Assembly (NCBI RefSeq): GCF_006345805.1
Contig: NC_043005.1
Location: 66,836,001-66,900,000, forward strand
Length of the DNA stretch: 64,000 nucleotides
Reading direction: 5' to 3'
Source: Octopus sinensis
Lineage: Eukaryota
In this document: piece after piece, positions 28,711 to 42,302 of the stretch
How the letters are laid out: the number at the start of each line of letters is the position of its first letter
Position numbering within the stretch: the first letter of the stretch is position 1
Notes under the pieces: model-generated
Told to the model about the DNA's origin: nothing
Database searches by the model: none
The model's input: the letters and a program-made list of their open reading frames with translations, nothing else
Position numbers and translations under genes: made by a program

Positions 28711-28923
28711 AACGGGAAGCTTTATGAAAATAAACAAAAGACGAAGGCAGGTGGAAAACAAACGAACAATTGTATTAGTATGGCGCTCAGGAAATATAAA
28801 TAAAACAAGTCTTTAACGTTTCGAGCCTACGCTCTTCAACAGAAAGATACACAGAGAGAGAAAAACACAGAAAGAAGGAGAGAAAAAAATGCGTGCAGTA
28901 GCTAACGAATCAACATGGCCGTT
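28711..28923 (-). mobile_element. Short Penelope-like terminal (pLTR-like) fragment embedded in (TA)n
   Basis: 213-bp non-microsatellite insert with aacgg/ccgtt inverted ends, carrying a minimal hammerhead motif; shares tatgaaaataaacaa with the 29.35-kb relic end. Confidence 0.6.
28810..28847 (-). ncRNA. Minimal type I hammerhead ribozyme motif (A6U core variant)
   Basis: Minus strand tcttt-CTGTTGA-a-GAGC(gtag)GCTC-GAAA-cgtt-aaaga: 5-bp stem I, 4-bp stem II, palindromic loopless stem III as in Penelope minimal hammerheads. Confidence 0.6.
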
Positions 28924-29349
28924 ATATATATATATATATACATATATAACAAAACTAGGAAATTCGTCATGCTTTCTTCTATAGTTGAAGCTAAGGTATG
29001 TATATTGTGCTATTAAATTTATTTAGTACCAAACCTAAATTTGTCGAGTTACTTACTATCCTATAACTTTACTATAAATTTGGATGTAAACTTCTTTTTA
29101 CCGGATCAAATCTGCATTTTTTATGCCAAAATGTAGCTACCTACAAGTCCTCTTCAAAATTATTATCAGTTTTCAATTTAGTTAAGAACTGACGTAGAGA
29201 CAAGCTCTGAAAAGTGCTACGTGGGAATAACTTGCAGCTTTAAGAATATTATCCATCTAGTGCCGTAGTTGAATTATATATATGCATATTTATGTACATC
29301 TATATATATATACTTATATATGTACATACATTTTAAACGTAAAACAATA

Positions 29350-30300
29350 CACTGTATGAAAATAAACAAGTCGAGAGTGTTACCAGGAATACTTTTATAA
29401 TTTTACGCATTTCGGTGCAGAGGCCTTTCGGGGCTTTTGTATCGCCTGTATTTTAATATTTCAGTTATAAGATTCCTTCCTCTGGAAATATTTGGAGAAA
29501 CGTTGGTATTCTCTGTCCTGTACTGTTTGTGTGAATTTGATATGTGTCTCTTTACAAACCAACCAATTGCGTGTAAGTCTGATTTATCATTATTGCGTAG
29601 TGCATATGTTTTTTTTATTAAAAGAAATTTTATTCTTACAATCCCTATAATTCTTTCAGTAGCTCTAATGGAAATTTGACTGTCGTCGCATTTCTATAGA
29701 TGTTTTGTTTTGGGGGAACGAGAAAAACATTAACATTAAGCTTATTTAATACATATGTGTTATTGTCTGATGGTACTTATGATAAAGAATTTGTTAAATT
29801 TTCTACATAAGATTTTATGCACCACGTAGAACCTCAGACATAAATTTTCGATTTAATTTGGGCAGTGTACATATGGTGTTGCTTTGTCATGATGTGTCTT
29901 TTGTTGGGACATTCCTCAGAGAGGATCTGGAGTAAGCCAACTGTATATTTAATCCTTAAAATATGGCAGTTTCCCAAAAAACACATTTTCCTTTGATGTG
30001 TGGAGTGTGTAAAACGGTGATGTTGTAGCGTTTAGTGACAGAGTATGGATAGAGATTCTCCTTCGGAACACTTCTGAATTGTATGGTGTTAATATTTTGG
30101 ATTTCTGCCTCGCTATATATTCAGTAAATATAATTTCTGATGTAGCAATTTTACCTCTGAAGGCCACGGATTAATTGTAATGTACCCATTCCACATTTTT
30201 GCAAAGGTTAGTGGAGTCGGATCCGTTCTCTGTGATTTTTTTATTTTGACGTGCAGCCTAGATAAAGAACTGGTGCCATCGGGGCTCTACTATATATGTT
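29350..30300 (-). mobile_element. Heavily decayed Penelope-like 3' region (possible GIY-YIG)
   Basis: Minus frames KLPYF and KCDDSQISIRATERII...AIG..RHI loosely resemble the PLE thumb/GIY-YIG region; end has ccgaaatgcgta. Confidence 0.35.
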
Positions 30301-31002
30301 TATCGATATTGTTCAACATCTCACGAAATGATATTAATATGACCTGCATTAAAAATTATATTGATATGATATGCTGTGAATACAACGAGGCAGGAAGAAA
30401 AACAACTCCGTACAATTCAAAAAGGGCTTCACGGAGAATGGCTAAAATATTCGCGAGGAAAACATAATAGTCCCAAAACGCAATCTTCATATTCAACTTA
30501 ACGTGTGCCTTTATGCACCATGCCTTCTACACGAGAGGAACTTAGAATCATATCTTTAAAGAATACATATTAAGCTTCGCAGTGAGAATATGTTCCGTTG
30601 TGAAAAAGACAGGAATCTCATAAGACTATACACGCTGGAATTTTCTTGAAATATTTAGTAACGTAAACTTTGTATCTCTATATCGATCACAATTTCACCA
30701 TAATATTAATAACTTCAGGCTTCAATTAGATTTGCTTACACTATTGATAAAGTATCCAGAGTTAGATCTGTCTGCAACGAATGAGAAGCAATCGACTTAC
30801 GATATTTGCTACAACTATTAATTACAAGGCCTGACCTATGACACTATACTCCAAAATGATTTTAATTCTATGTATGAGTCTATTTTCGCAGCTAAATTTG
30901 CAAAAAGAATTTACTAAGAGTCTGAATGTAGCTTTGTTGCCAAATTAAATTCATCTACATAGTGTACGGTTTCTCAAAGTATGTATGCATATATGTATAT
31001 AT

Positions 31003-31320
31003 GGGAAGGCGGTTACAGCGTCGAGCTTACGATCGCGAGCGTGTGAGTTCGAATCCTGGACCGGGCTGCGTGTTGTGTTCTTGAGCAAGACATTTTATAT
31101 TACGTTGCTCCAGTTCACTCAGCTGTAGAAATGAGTTGCGACGTCACAGGTGCCAAGCTGTATCCCTTGGATATCACTGGATATCACTGGTGGCGTGAAG
31201 AGGGGAGGCCGTTTTGCATGGGCAACTGTTGGTCTTCCATAAACTACCTTGCCTGGATTGTGTCTCGGAGGGTAACTTCCTAGGTTCAATCCCTTGGTCA
31301 GTCATGACCGAAGGAAGTCT
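31003..31320 (+). mobile_element. tRNA-derived SINE family C
   Basis: B-box gagttcgaatcc, then ttgagcaagaca and ccagttcactcagctgtagaaatgagt (CORE/Nin-like central motifs). Confidence 0.75.
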
Positions 31321-31393
31321 CAGCATGTATGTACGTATTAACTACCTACAAGTAGATATGTGCGTATATACATGCACACATATATGACGATAT

Positions 31394-31600
31394 AAGGCAG
31401 CGAGGTGGCAGACACGTTGGCACGACGAGTGAAATGTTTAGCGGTATTTCGTCTGTCTTTGCGTTCGGAGTTCGAATTCCGCCGAGGTCGACTTTGCCTT
31501 TTATCCTTTCGGGATCGATAAATTAAATACCAGTTGATTACTGGGGTCGATGTAATCGACTTGCCCCTTCCCCCAAAGTTTCGGGTTTTGATAATGGGCA
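31394..31600 (+). mobile_element. SINE family A, monomer
   Basis: Head ggcagcgaggtggcag, core gaggtcgactttgcctt. Confidence 0.88.
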
Positions 31601-31931
31601 AATACCGTGAAACTAGTCTGTGGATGATTGAACCCGCATGGAAAGCTGATGACTTCCCTAATCGAAGGTTGCAATTCACACAGGATTATGTGATACATAG
31701 CTAGCCAGAGGCAATGGCATCTTGGAGCTAAACAACGACAGCATTCGTCCTATTTTTCTGAACTGCCATGTTAGCTAGGCGATAACTATATATCTATCTA
31801 TCTATTTATTTATCATATGCTAGTATGACTACTAGCATATGTACATTCAGGTACATCTCTACATATCTATATATATATATTTATGCATACACACACACAC
31901 ACACGTGGGAGTGCACACATTAACACACATA

Positions 31932-32336
31932 TTTTGTTTCACTTGTTTCACTCGTTTGACTGTGGCCATGCTGGAGCACCGCCTTTAGTCGAGCAAATCG
32001 ACCCCAGGTCTTATTCTTTGTTAGCCTAGTACTTATTCTATCGGGGTCTTGTGCCGAACCGTCGGGTTACGGGGACGTAAAAACACCAGCATCGGTTGTC
32101 AAGCGATGTTGGGGGGGGGGGCAAACTCAGACACACAAACACACACACATACATATATATATATGCATATATACTGACGGGCTTCTACAGTTTCCCTCTA
32201 CCAAATCCACTCACAAGGCTTTAGTCGGCTCGAGGCTATAGTAGAAGACACTTGCCCAACATGCCACGCTGTGGGACTGAACCCAGAACCATGTGGTTCA
32301 TAAGCAAGCTACTTACCACACAGCCACTCCTACGCC
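31932..32336 (-). mobile_element. SINE family B, full length
   Basis: Reverse complement of the 23595-type copy. Confidence 0.9.
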
Positions 32337-32339
32337 TAC

Positions 32340-32670
32340 ACTTATGAATTTCTCGTCAAAAACAACATGGTAATGCTTCCGCACCCGCCATTTTCGGTAG
32401 TTTTAGCACCTGCGGTCTTCCATCTCATCTCCAAAAGGAAAATACACCTGAAAGGTCGCCGTGTTAACACTGTTGTAGAGATTCGGAGCGGATCGCAGAT
32501 GGTCTTCGACTCATGGAAAACGCCTTCCACGTCCGGTTCCAATAGTTGTAGGTACGTTCCGACCGGTTTGTTGTTGCGCATGGCAACTATTTCCGCAGAG
32601 ATGATGCTAAATCTTATGTTAAGTTATTTTCTATTAAATATAAAAGTTGTGGAAATTTTCATAACCCCTA
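32340..32670 (+). mobile_element. Mariner transposase 3' fragment
   Basis: LPHPPFSVVLAPAVFHLISKRKIHLKGRRVNTVVEI matches the mariner HPPYSPDLAP.DF.LF...K..LKGRRF motif. Confidence 0.8.
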
Positions 32671-35164
32671 TATTTGTCGATTCGATGATCCGACCTTTTG
32701 TATTGAACACCCTGACATACGATAAATTAGATCTGTGAAAGAATGAACAAACCCAGTGTCATGGGCCATCAAACAATGTATAAGTATGTAGGTGCATACA
32801 TATGTATGTGTGTGGTCAGTGTTATGCTCGGATTTCACTTACACGAGACACAGAAGACAGAGAAAGGACTGTGAAAATTTTTGTTATAAAACATTGTGTT
32901 TACTACTTCAGTTAGAATGAATGTATTATATTAGATGGTGTAATGAATCATGGCTCAGAATATAACGTTTGTAGTTTTTCAAACGATATGTATAAGTATA
33001 TTTCGCAAACTATTCATGTATCACTGCGGAAACCGGTAACTCAATGTGTTCAAGCAAAACATTTGATACACCTTATGCCTGATTTGTTAAGACAATCTGT
33101 TGTGATTATCCTCAACAGTAATGTAATAAACTCATTATATAAACACACACTCACACTCACACACTCGGGTACACCCACACATACTCCGACACACACACGC
33201 ACACACATGCACAAAAACTCAAAAACACACATTCATACTCACACGCACATACACACACAGATGCATAGAGAGATTGCACTTTCAGATATTACTTGTTGCT
33301 GTTATACGCAGATGATCCAGTTTGAAATGTTGAAACTCGAAATATGAAGCCGAGATTAATTCAATACTTATGTAACACTTTCAAAACAGTTCTTTCTCAC
33401 AAAATATCAATAGAATTGCCGCATTATTTTTGTTGAAATTGTAACTAACCAATATTTGCGAAAATTTTGAAAGATAGAAATAATAACTTTGTAGAGTAAC
33501 TATGAAAAACTATCCATTAATATTTGATAAAATTTGATACCCAATGTTCATTAAATGCACAACTCCTAGAATATATGATATCTATTTACGCTTAATTTTG
33601 TATAAGTGTATAAAACATTATTGAAGAACAAACATGTACTTGAATGCAATCGGAACAACAAATTAATGAAAATGAAACAATAGGTTTCCGTTGTAAAGAA
33701 GGGCATTCAGAAATAATCAAGATAATATTTACACAATGAACACGCGCGTTTGCGTGCACACACATAATCATGCATATGTATCTGTATGTGTGTGTGTGTG
33801 TGTATAAACAAATATGTATGTATATATGTAGTCATGTAATTGAATATTGCCTCAACGGAAACTGAACTTGAGCTTAACAACAACCATTAGGAACGCGGTT
33901 TAATATTGCAAGTTAATAAAATAAATGGATAAAAAAATTATATACTAATCAACGGATATTGATACATGGTTCATCCGAATGATTGAAATTGAAGCAAACA
34001 TATCAGGAAGAAAGCAGATAATGTTGAAATGGCCTCAGTGAATTTTTCTTCCTCAGTACAAATAAAAGAGAAACAAACTGTTGAGTTCATTATTCGAGAA
34101 AAAAGATAGAACTATCTTATTTTGAAAGTTAATTAGAAAAGATATCATGTTTCCAAGATAATTAGAATTACAAATAAATTAAAAATATAATTATGCAAAT
34201 ATATTAAATACCATCTGCACACGATGTGTTTCATAAAAATCTATCGGTAATTTTCATCTTAATTAGAAATGTAGTTTAAATAAGGTTATTATTATAGTTT
34301 AGCATTTCTCTCCCACTAACATCTATCTTAATGTCTTCCGTTTACAAAAGGACAGATTTTCAAAAAGATAACACTTTCAGGTTCTTAAATGGAAAAAGAG
34401 AGTGGCAATTTGATAGTATCATTGAACATCGAACTCGCACGCTACCGATATTAGATTTGTAGCTGTGCAATCTCATACGACATCACCGACACATTGTCAT
34501 TACACGTTCAAAGAAACACTGTCTTTTGTACCACGCAATTCACTCGATATATTTACTCAGCTGCAATTTTATTTGCAGTAGAATATATATAACCAACCCA
34601 TCCTATAAATAAATGTATCCAAGCAGAATTATTTAACTAACATTCTTACGTCAGTAAAGTCATATATCTTTGCATCAAATCTTTAGAATAATTGATTATC
34701 TCTACTGAATTCGGAAATGGAAAATATTTTAGTTTTTTTTTATTACGGAGACCAATATAATGCAGACACCAAAATTTGTGAATCATATAGGGCTGGTATC
34801 ATCTCAGAAAAGCAAAGGATTCTTTTGTGTTATGCATTCACTAACCTTTTACTCGTACGAGATCGAGTTGTCATACTCAAAATTAGAGTTTAGTGTATGA
34901 CAACTCGATATTGTATGAATGCAGTCTTCAATGAATTTGCAGAATTCTCATATGCATACATCTACGAAGAATATTGCTATATAAAGAACATTTCCGAGAA
35001 GGCAACTTCAAAATATCCTGTTTGGTTACCTATTCCACAACATAAATAAATCTAAATATATTTTCCGAAATCATATGATCTACAGGTAAATTCCCACTTT
35101 GGAATTTCCGACCGCTTAGGACGACAAGGTTGCGTACTGCAAACATATCCTTTATATTACTTAC

Positions 35165-35206
35165 AAGCAGTTTGCTGCTAAGCAGTATTTCATCCTCAAC
35201 AAAATA
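35165..35206 (-). CDS. Candidate 42-nt exon (YFVEDEILLSSKLL in phase 0)
   Basis: aatttcag|...ctt|gtaagt; open; phase-compatible with the phase-0 end of the 38653-38743 exon. Confidence 0.3.
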
Positions 35207-38165
35207 CTGAAATTATTCTTTTCTTATTGAAATCAATCTCCCAGGTGCATTTCAAAGAAGATAAATCTTTCTGAGCCTCCAAATTGTTGACCTATTATTT
35301 TCATTTCCAGTATCTATAACTCGGTAAATTGTCACTTTGTATACCACATTAAGTAGTGTCTCCTGCACAATAAACGAGAGGTATTTAGCGTTAGATCTAC
35401 TGGGGATACATTCCTCCCTGTCGCATTCACCATTAATTTTTTTTCCGTGAAGTCAATGTCTCTCATTCTGTTATGAACGAAATATTTGATTGCTTTTGGC
35501 CAAGTGAGGGCTTCATGTATCTCGTACTTTTATCATGGGTTTCACCTGCCGATATTCTATCTACAATGGTTTGCCGTAAATTTCGCTTATATCTCCTATA
35601 TATTTTTTTCTGCATATTGATGGCTTATGCAGAATCTGTTCATATGTGCCCAACATCTTATACATGTGGGTCACGCTTATGCTTCCTAGTTTCCAGAAGT
35701 GAACACAAAAATATTTGGTTCTAAAGAAAGAAATATTGCACAGCTTGTTAGAAACGTACATAAAACCCACAACGGCACAACACAAACGAGGCTACTCAAT
35801 CTCTGTTGATCTTTTCTGACAACACCGGTTATATGGCATAAATAAAAATGGATTCTTCTCTGAATATGCTATTTACGTAATACATCCGTTAAAGCCAATC
35901 CAACACTCACCTCTTATCTGTCTACTCTCTCAAACAGATATCATATAAAAAGGGGAGAATTTCTCTGTTGATGAAGTATGACAGGGTCAGAATATTCACC
36001 TTCAAATCTCTTAGAACGCATTAGAAATGAAGAGATACGTAATTTTTGGGTCCTTCCTCTTCTGCGTTCACCTCGTGAATTAATTCAAATTGGCGGACAT
36101 AAGCACGTTTCAACAAAAGAACCAGTAGTTTTGTTAGGTGATTAATCAGGGTAAGATTCGATTAAGAGGTCACACAATAAAGTCGGAATACGGTAGTATC
36201 TCCAAATTCCCTTACATCAATGAATCGCATGTACAAGGAGGAGATATTTTCTGGTTATGACCTACAATAGTAATCAGCATATGCACTTTCGAATGTCTTA
36301 GAAAACATTAGAAATAAAAAGATAAGTTCTGCGTACTCATAAATTATTAGAGCAGAGATATACCAAATAAATCGTTTATCTCTGTAACAAGGATTGGTAA
36401 TATTGTTTAGTATTTAGATAAATGTTATTAATATTTTTTATCTAACCATCTGTCTATCTATATAACTATCTATCTATTTATCTATCTATTTATTTATCTA
36501 TCTATCTGTCTAATAACCTAGATCTGGGCTTTAGCGATTTAAAGTAAAAAAGTGGAAATAATGAAATAGTGTTAATAATCAAATAAATAAATGGAGAAAT
36601 GGGAAATGGGAAATGAGAAGTTCATGTATCTGGAGAGATAAGAATGGAAAAATAAGAGAACAAAGAAAAGAAAGCGGAAATGATGAGTGAAAGAAAGGAG
36701 TATAGGAAGCATGGAAGAAGAAAATAGGAAAATATGACGAGAAAAATATTATTTATTATAAGCTAGGAGGTTGTCGATCAATAGTGCAAATATGGATATG
36801 ATTTGAAATTTGGAACAGAAAATGTTGAAAGGAAATCTATTTTTTCGGGGTGGAGGATACGCTGTTTACAATTGAGATTAAGTGTATCAATATATTCGTT
36901 TTATAAATTCTACTGAAGTTATACGTGGAGTTACTTTCCTTCACATATAACTTTCTGTGAGCACATATAGATCGCAAAATAAGCTTAAATATGAAAGCAT
37001 GCATACACAAACACATTATATATGCATATCTATTCTTATAAATGTCCCTAAACATATATACTTGAACACTTATACATGCACATATATAGTCTGAAGGCAA
37101 ATTAACTGCAGTTACTATGGGAGAAAATTGCCTCTTATGGTTAAAGGTCTAAAAATATTATATCCGCCCATTGCTGTTTCCTGCCGTATTCCCAGACGCA
37201 TTTGTAGTTTCTTGGCTGTTATCAATAAGAAATACTGAAAGTATATATCCTTGGAGAGATTTTAAAGCCGTAACTAAAACACAGTCAACCACACTGACTG
37301 AGTTTCACTATTAGATCGCCAGCTCGGAGGAAGTTCAATATTATCAGTGCCGTGTAGTGTTTATTTCAGTTTCTTCCCTACAACTTCTGTGGGGTAACAC
37401 TGGACAGATATGGTGTTTTCACACCATAAGTGAGAATCTTTCATGCACGATAACTGCAGTGGGTTTGCATTTAGAAGTTGAAATATCATTGGCTATTGAG
37501 TTACACATGAACGTATTCTGATTTATTATTGAAAAGTGTAAACATATCGTTTTGGATATGCAACGTTTCGATTGAACGTTTATTCTGAATATGTTTATCT
37601 TCACGTGTTGAAAACAAATTATGTCAACATTTTAGAGCAACAATCCTGTCAAACGTATAGTGACACAAACCTAAAATAATTTGAGTAATTGTATAATCTT
37701 CGTTTAAACTCCGACCAGTCCCGCGTATGTGATTTTTACGTTTCGCTGTTTAAGTTTACAAGGCTTTTTTTCAACTGACATGCATTTGCATTATTTCATA
37801 AGAATGTCCCACCAATTTGCTGCTCATTTTGTGTAAATGTGTGTATGCGCGTTTGTGTGTGTGTGTGTGTGTGTGCGCATGCGTGCGTACATTATGTGAG
37901 GAAAATATACGTAGTGTCTGTTTTCAACAGTAATTCTCTCAAAACTTTTCTATAGCTCAAGTTGAAAGAGAAAAGTTAACAATTCGGATTGAATGTTTCA
38001 ATATCAGATACTAAATTAAAATTCATATCAAGTAAAAAGAGTTGTGTGAACCATATCTTATTCAGCAGTTTTTCTGTAAAAAACGTAAGTCATTTGTTAC
38101 ATTCCCGTCTGAAGACGATAGAAATGGCATCATTTAATCGTTTCATCACCCTAAATCTCTCAAAT

Positions 38166-38526
38166 CATGCTTGAAATATTTCGATTTCAGAAAATATGCC
38201 GCTTTTCCCAGTTTCTCCGAAATCGTCATGTATAAGATACAACAACTCATGCAATTTGTAGGAGAGATTCTGCGAAAATATAGTATTAAGTAGGACGTAA
38301 GTGCCTCAATTCCGAATTCGGAAAACGTGGCATATAAAATGCTAAAGCATGTTTGAAATATTTCGATTTCAGAAAATATGCCGCTTTTCCCAGTTTCTCT
38401 GAAATCGTCATGTATAAGATAAAATAACTCATGCAATTTGTGGCAGAGATTCTGCGAAAATATAGTATTAAGTAGAACGTAAGTGCCTCAATTCCGAATT
38501 CGGAAAACGTGGCATATAAAATGCTA
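38166..38526. repeat. Recent 182-bp tandem duplication of otherwise unique sequence
   Basis: 38166-38344 and 38348-38526 are nearly identical. Confidence 0.95.
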
Positions 38527-38652
38527 TGTCCTCAGGTATAGTAGTATAAAAACATACATATTGGTTTTGAATATCTTGAAGGTTTAATCTTTGCTTTCTG
38601 TAACTGCACCGATTTTATCAAGTAACACTTTCATTTCACATTGGATTCTTAC

Positions 38653-38743
38653 CTCTAGCATACATTTAAGCTTCACAACTATTGATCTATAAACTTTCCA
38701 CTGTTGGATAATATCATCCAGCATTTTAAAACACATATTGAGG
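38653..38743 (-). CDS. Coding exon, spectrin-repeat/nesprin-like helix (S)LNMCFKMLDDIIQQWKVYRSIVVKLKCMLE
   Basis: attactttatatag|c...gag|gtaaga; 91 nt, phase 2 to 0. Pattern ML..II..W..Y...V..L...LE resembles recalled nesprin-1 MLEEVISNWDRYGNTVASLQAWLE. Confidence 0.55.
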
Positions 38744-38930
38744 CTATATAAAGTAATCGAAGTAATCGTTTGCATATCATCGAAGTGTCAATAGTGGGGT
38801 TTAAATATTTAACGCCATACACTCATTCTTCAACACATGTTTTGAGAATACACACACGTATATATATGATTCATGTGTTAAAAGGAAACAAATACAAGGT
38901 TTTTCTAAAGATATTTTAAAATATGCTCAC

Positions 38931-38946
38931 CTCACTGTTTTAAGTC
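38931..38946 (-). CDS. 16-nt micro-exon (G)LKTV(S) upstream of the spectrin-like exon
   Basis: ttctttcttttttcttttgcag|GACTTAAAACAGTGAG|gtgagc. Only phase 1 is open; it ends in phase 2, matching the next exon across a 187-nt intron. Confidence 0.55.
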
Positions 38947-39389
38947 CTGCAAAAGAAAAAAGAAAGAACATATTTTAAATCTTTTACAAAAATATATAAA
39001 TACACAAGAAACATGCGTATACAATTGTGTGTGAGAGAGAGTGTGTGTTTGCACTCGCGTGCTTGTGTAGGTGTTCTTGCGTGGGTGTGCGCGTGTGTGT
39101 GTGCGCGAGCGTGTTGATTTCACGTATAATTGTGTTTAAAAGGGATGAAGCATTAACCGAGAAAGTTCTCCCTACATATATGTAGGTCCTGTGTGTCAAT
39201 GTTACATGGAAAAATTAGATTATGATATCAGATTTTGCCCAGTATCCCTGTGAGATATTTGGGTATCATTATGATGGTCATGTCTCAGTTAGTCATGTGT
39301 GAGGAGCACACTGAGAGCTACTTGGGCGGTATGTAAAATTTTACTAGGAGTTCGTAAGTGTTTGGGTTGATGAAATAGATGGCGGGAGG

Positions 39390-39640
39390 GGAGGAGGAGA
39401 AAAAGAAGAAGGAGAAGAAGAAGAAGGTGGAGGAAGAGGTGGGGGGAGCAGCAGCAGCAGCCGAAGAAGAATAAGAAGAAGGAGAAGAAGAAGAAGAAGA
39501 AGAAGAAGAAGAAGGAGAAGAAGAAGAAGAAGAAGAAGAAGAAGAAGGAGAAGAAGAAGAAGAAGAAAAAGAAGAAAAGAAGAAGAAGAAGAAGAAGAAG
39601 AAGAAAAAGAAGAAGAAGAAGAAGAAGAAGAAGAAAAGTG
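39390..39640. repeat. (GAA)n/(GGA)n purine microsatellite
   Basis: Direct inspection. Confidence 0.95.
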
Positions 39641-39933
39641 AGTAGGAAATGAGGAGAAAGAATAAGAAAAAAGACCGGAGTTGTATAACAGTAGTAGGCC
39701 GTTGCTAGAGTCTTCTTAAATGGTCAAGTGATGTAAAAGTGAAATAAGAAAAGACGAAGAAGCTTTTATAATATTTTGGAGTTCATACACATGGTACCTT
39801 TAAGAAATAAATTGATAGGGTAATTTGACAGTCAATATACTATGCATTTATTTATCCCTCCACCGCCTGACAACCTGTGTCGGTTTCTTTACACCCCTTT
39901 AATTGGCTATTCCCATGCTAAAAGCAGTGCAGT

Positions 39934-40017
<84 letters not shown>

Positions 40018-41020
40018 GTCCCTTCGGATGCATCGCGTATATATTACAAATATCGAAAGTGTGAAACTGTTTTCAAAATAATATCTAAAAATGATAGATC
40101 ATAATAATGGAATGACTGGTCGATTCTTTCCAAATGTAAATGTAACCGAATGGATCCTATTTCTGTACATTATCTAAAAGAAATATAGTCTAAAATGAGA
40201 TCTCGAAAAAGTGACTGCTTACACAGCTCAAAGCATACAACAGTAAGACAAGCACAACGATAATTATAATGATAATAGAAATAAGAATATTAATATAAAT
40301 AACTATACTGATAAAATAAATAATTCAAATATTGTTTCCTCTCTATTCTCATAATGCTTGAAATATATAGTCACTTATAATTTCCAAAACTTTATAACTT
40401 GATTATAGATTGTAAATAATATACAAGAATAATGAAAATCAGAATTTTGGAACATAATGATACATATTTATGAAAAAAATGTTTTAAAATCATATTATAC
40501 ATTCTAATAGAAGTAGTTTTTACTTTCAAGTTATATACTGTATGGAATGTAAATGGCGAAGAGACAGTACAATACATATTCAATATTAAAAGTATAAATG
40601 TAGTATCGAATACTGACAAGAAATATGAATATATTAAATAAAACAATCTCTAAGATACATATATGTACACGGTTTGATTGAGTATATGCATATAATTTTA
40701 GATATGACTGCATAGGAAAAGTTCAGCTATATTACAGAGAAAAAAGTTTACGTATAGATTGCATTTGGCGAAATATACTTTCTATAGAAATTTAATTAAT
40801 AATTGAGAATGTATTGTACAAAATACACTCTAACCATTAATAAAAGGAAGATCAAAAAATAACCTTGTTGTCTCCAGCATTATCGTACGTCACGAGAAAC
40901 ACTGAGCATTCATTATAAATTCAAACTTATCCAAATTTAAAATTGCGAAAACCAAAAATTTATGTCTAACTGTTTATATGCTGGTATGCACAAAAATAAT
41001 GACATATGTATTCACATACC

Positions 41021-41094
<74 letters not shown>

Positions 41095-41115
41095 TCACAC
41101 ACATACAAATATATG

Positions 41116-41430
41116 TGTGGAGGCGCAACGGCCCAGTGGTTTGGGCAGGGGACTCGCTGTCGAAGGATCGCGGTTTCGATTCCCAGACCGGGCGTTGTGA
41201 GTGTTTATTGAGCGAAAACAGCTAAAGCTCCCCGAGGCTCCGGCAGGGGGTGGTGGCGATCCCTGCTGTGCTCTTTCACCACAAATTTCTCTCACTCTTT
41301 CTTCTGTTGGCCTGCTCGCATAGCCAGCGAAGTGACGTCATTTGAAGGCTAAAGCAATGCGAAGCGCATTGTGACCAGCGATGTGTAGCAACATCTGATA
41401 GCCTGGTCGGTCACGGTGATCACGGTGATA
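41116..41430 (+). mobile_element. tRNA-derived SINE family D, following (CA)n
   Basis: A-box ggcccagtgg, B-box gtttcgattccc, 3' tandem tcacggtga tail; related head at 63947. Confidence 0.75.
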
Positions 41431-41609
41431 TATATATGTATACGTGCAAATACATACACAACCGTATACATAAAGAGAGAAAGAGAGATATGTAGCCATA
41501 CGTCATATATGTATGTGTGTGTTTGATGTACATATTTGTATGTATAATAGTTGCATACAAATATGTACACATGTGTATACATTGAAACAACTACACGCAG
41601 GTATATGCG

Positions 41610-41679
<70 letters not shown>

Positions 41680-41899
41680 CCTGCGTATATGCATGCATGC
41701 CTTAGTTCAAACTTTCATATGGTAGTCTCCTTGGATATGAGCACAGATTATTAACAGTGGACATAAGTTTCGAGTACCATACGTGGATCATTTGTGAGCA
41801 TTTGTGTCTGAACAAATGTGCGTTACAGTTTTGTGGCTTTAACATACACAGTGGACCTAGATTGTTATTAATAGAAATATGATTTTGATTAAGGCGTGT

Positions 41900-42302
41900 T
41901 TTGTTTACTCATTTTTACTCTTTTACTTGTTTCATTTATTTGACTGCTTCCATGCTGGAGCACCGTTTTTAGTCGAGTAAATCTACCACAGGACTTATTC
42001 TTTGTAACCTAGTTCTTATTCTATCGGTTTCTTTAGCCGAAGTTACGGGGACGTAAACATACCACCATCTGTTGTCAAGCGGTGCTGGGGTGGTGAGACA
42101 AACACAGATACACATACATATTTATATATATATATATATATACATATACACGAGAGTCTTCCTTCAGTTTCTGTCTACCAAATCCTCTCACAAGGCTTTG
42201 GTCGGTCCGAGGCTTAAGTAGAAGACAGTTGTACAAGGTGCCACGTAGTAGGAATGAGCCCGGAACCGTGTTGTTGGTAAGCAAGCTACTTACCATACAG
42301 CC
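41900..42302 (-). mobile_element. SINE family B, diverged
   Basis: Reverse complement of the 23595-type copy. Confidence 0.88.

Noticed and set aside
29404-29435. Third hammerhead at the end of the decayed Penelope-like relic
   Set aside because: Only GAAAtgcgta remains; 5' core and stem I unsupported.
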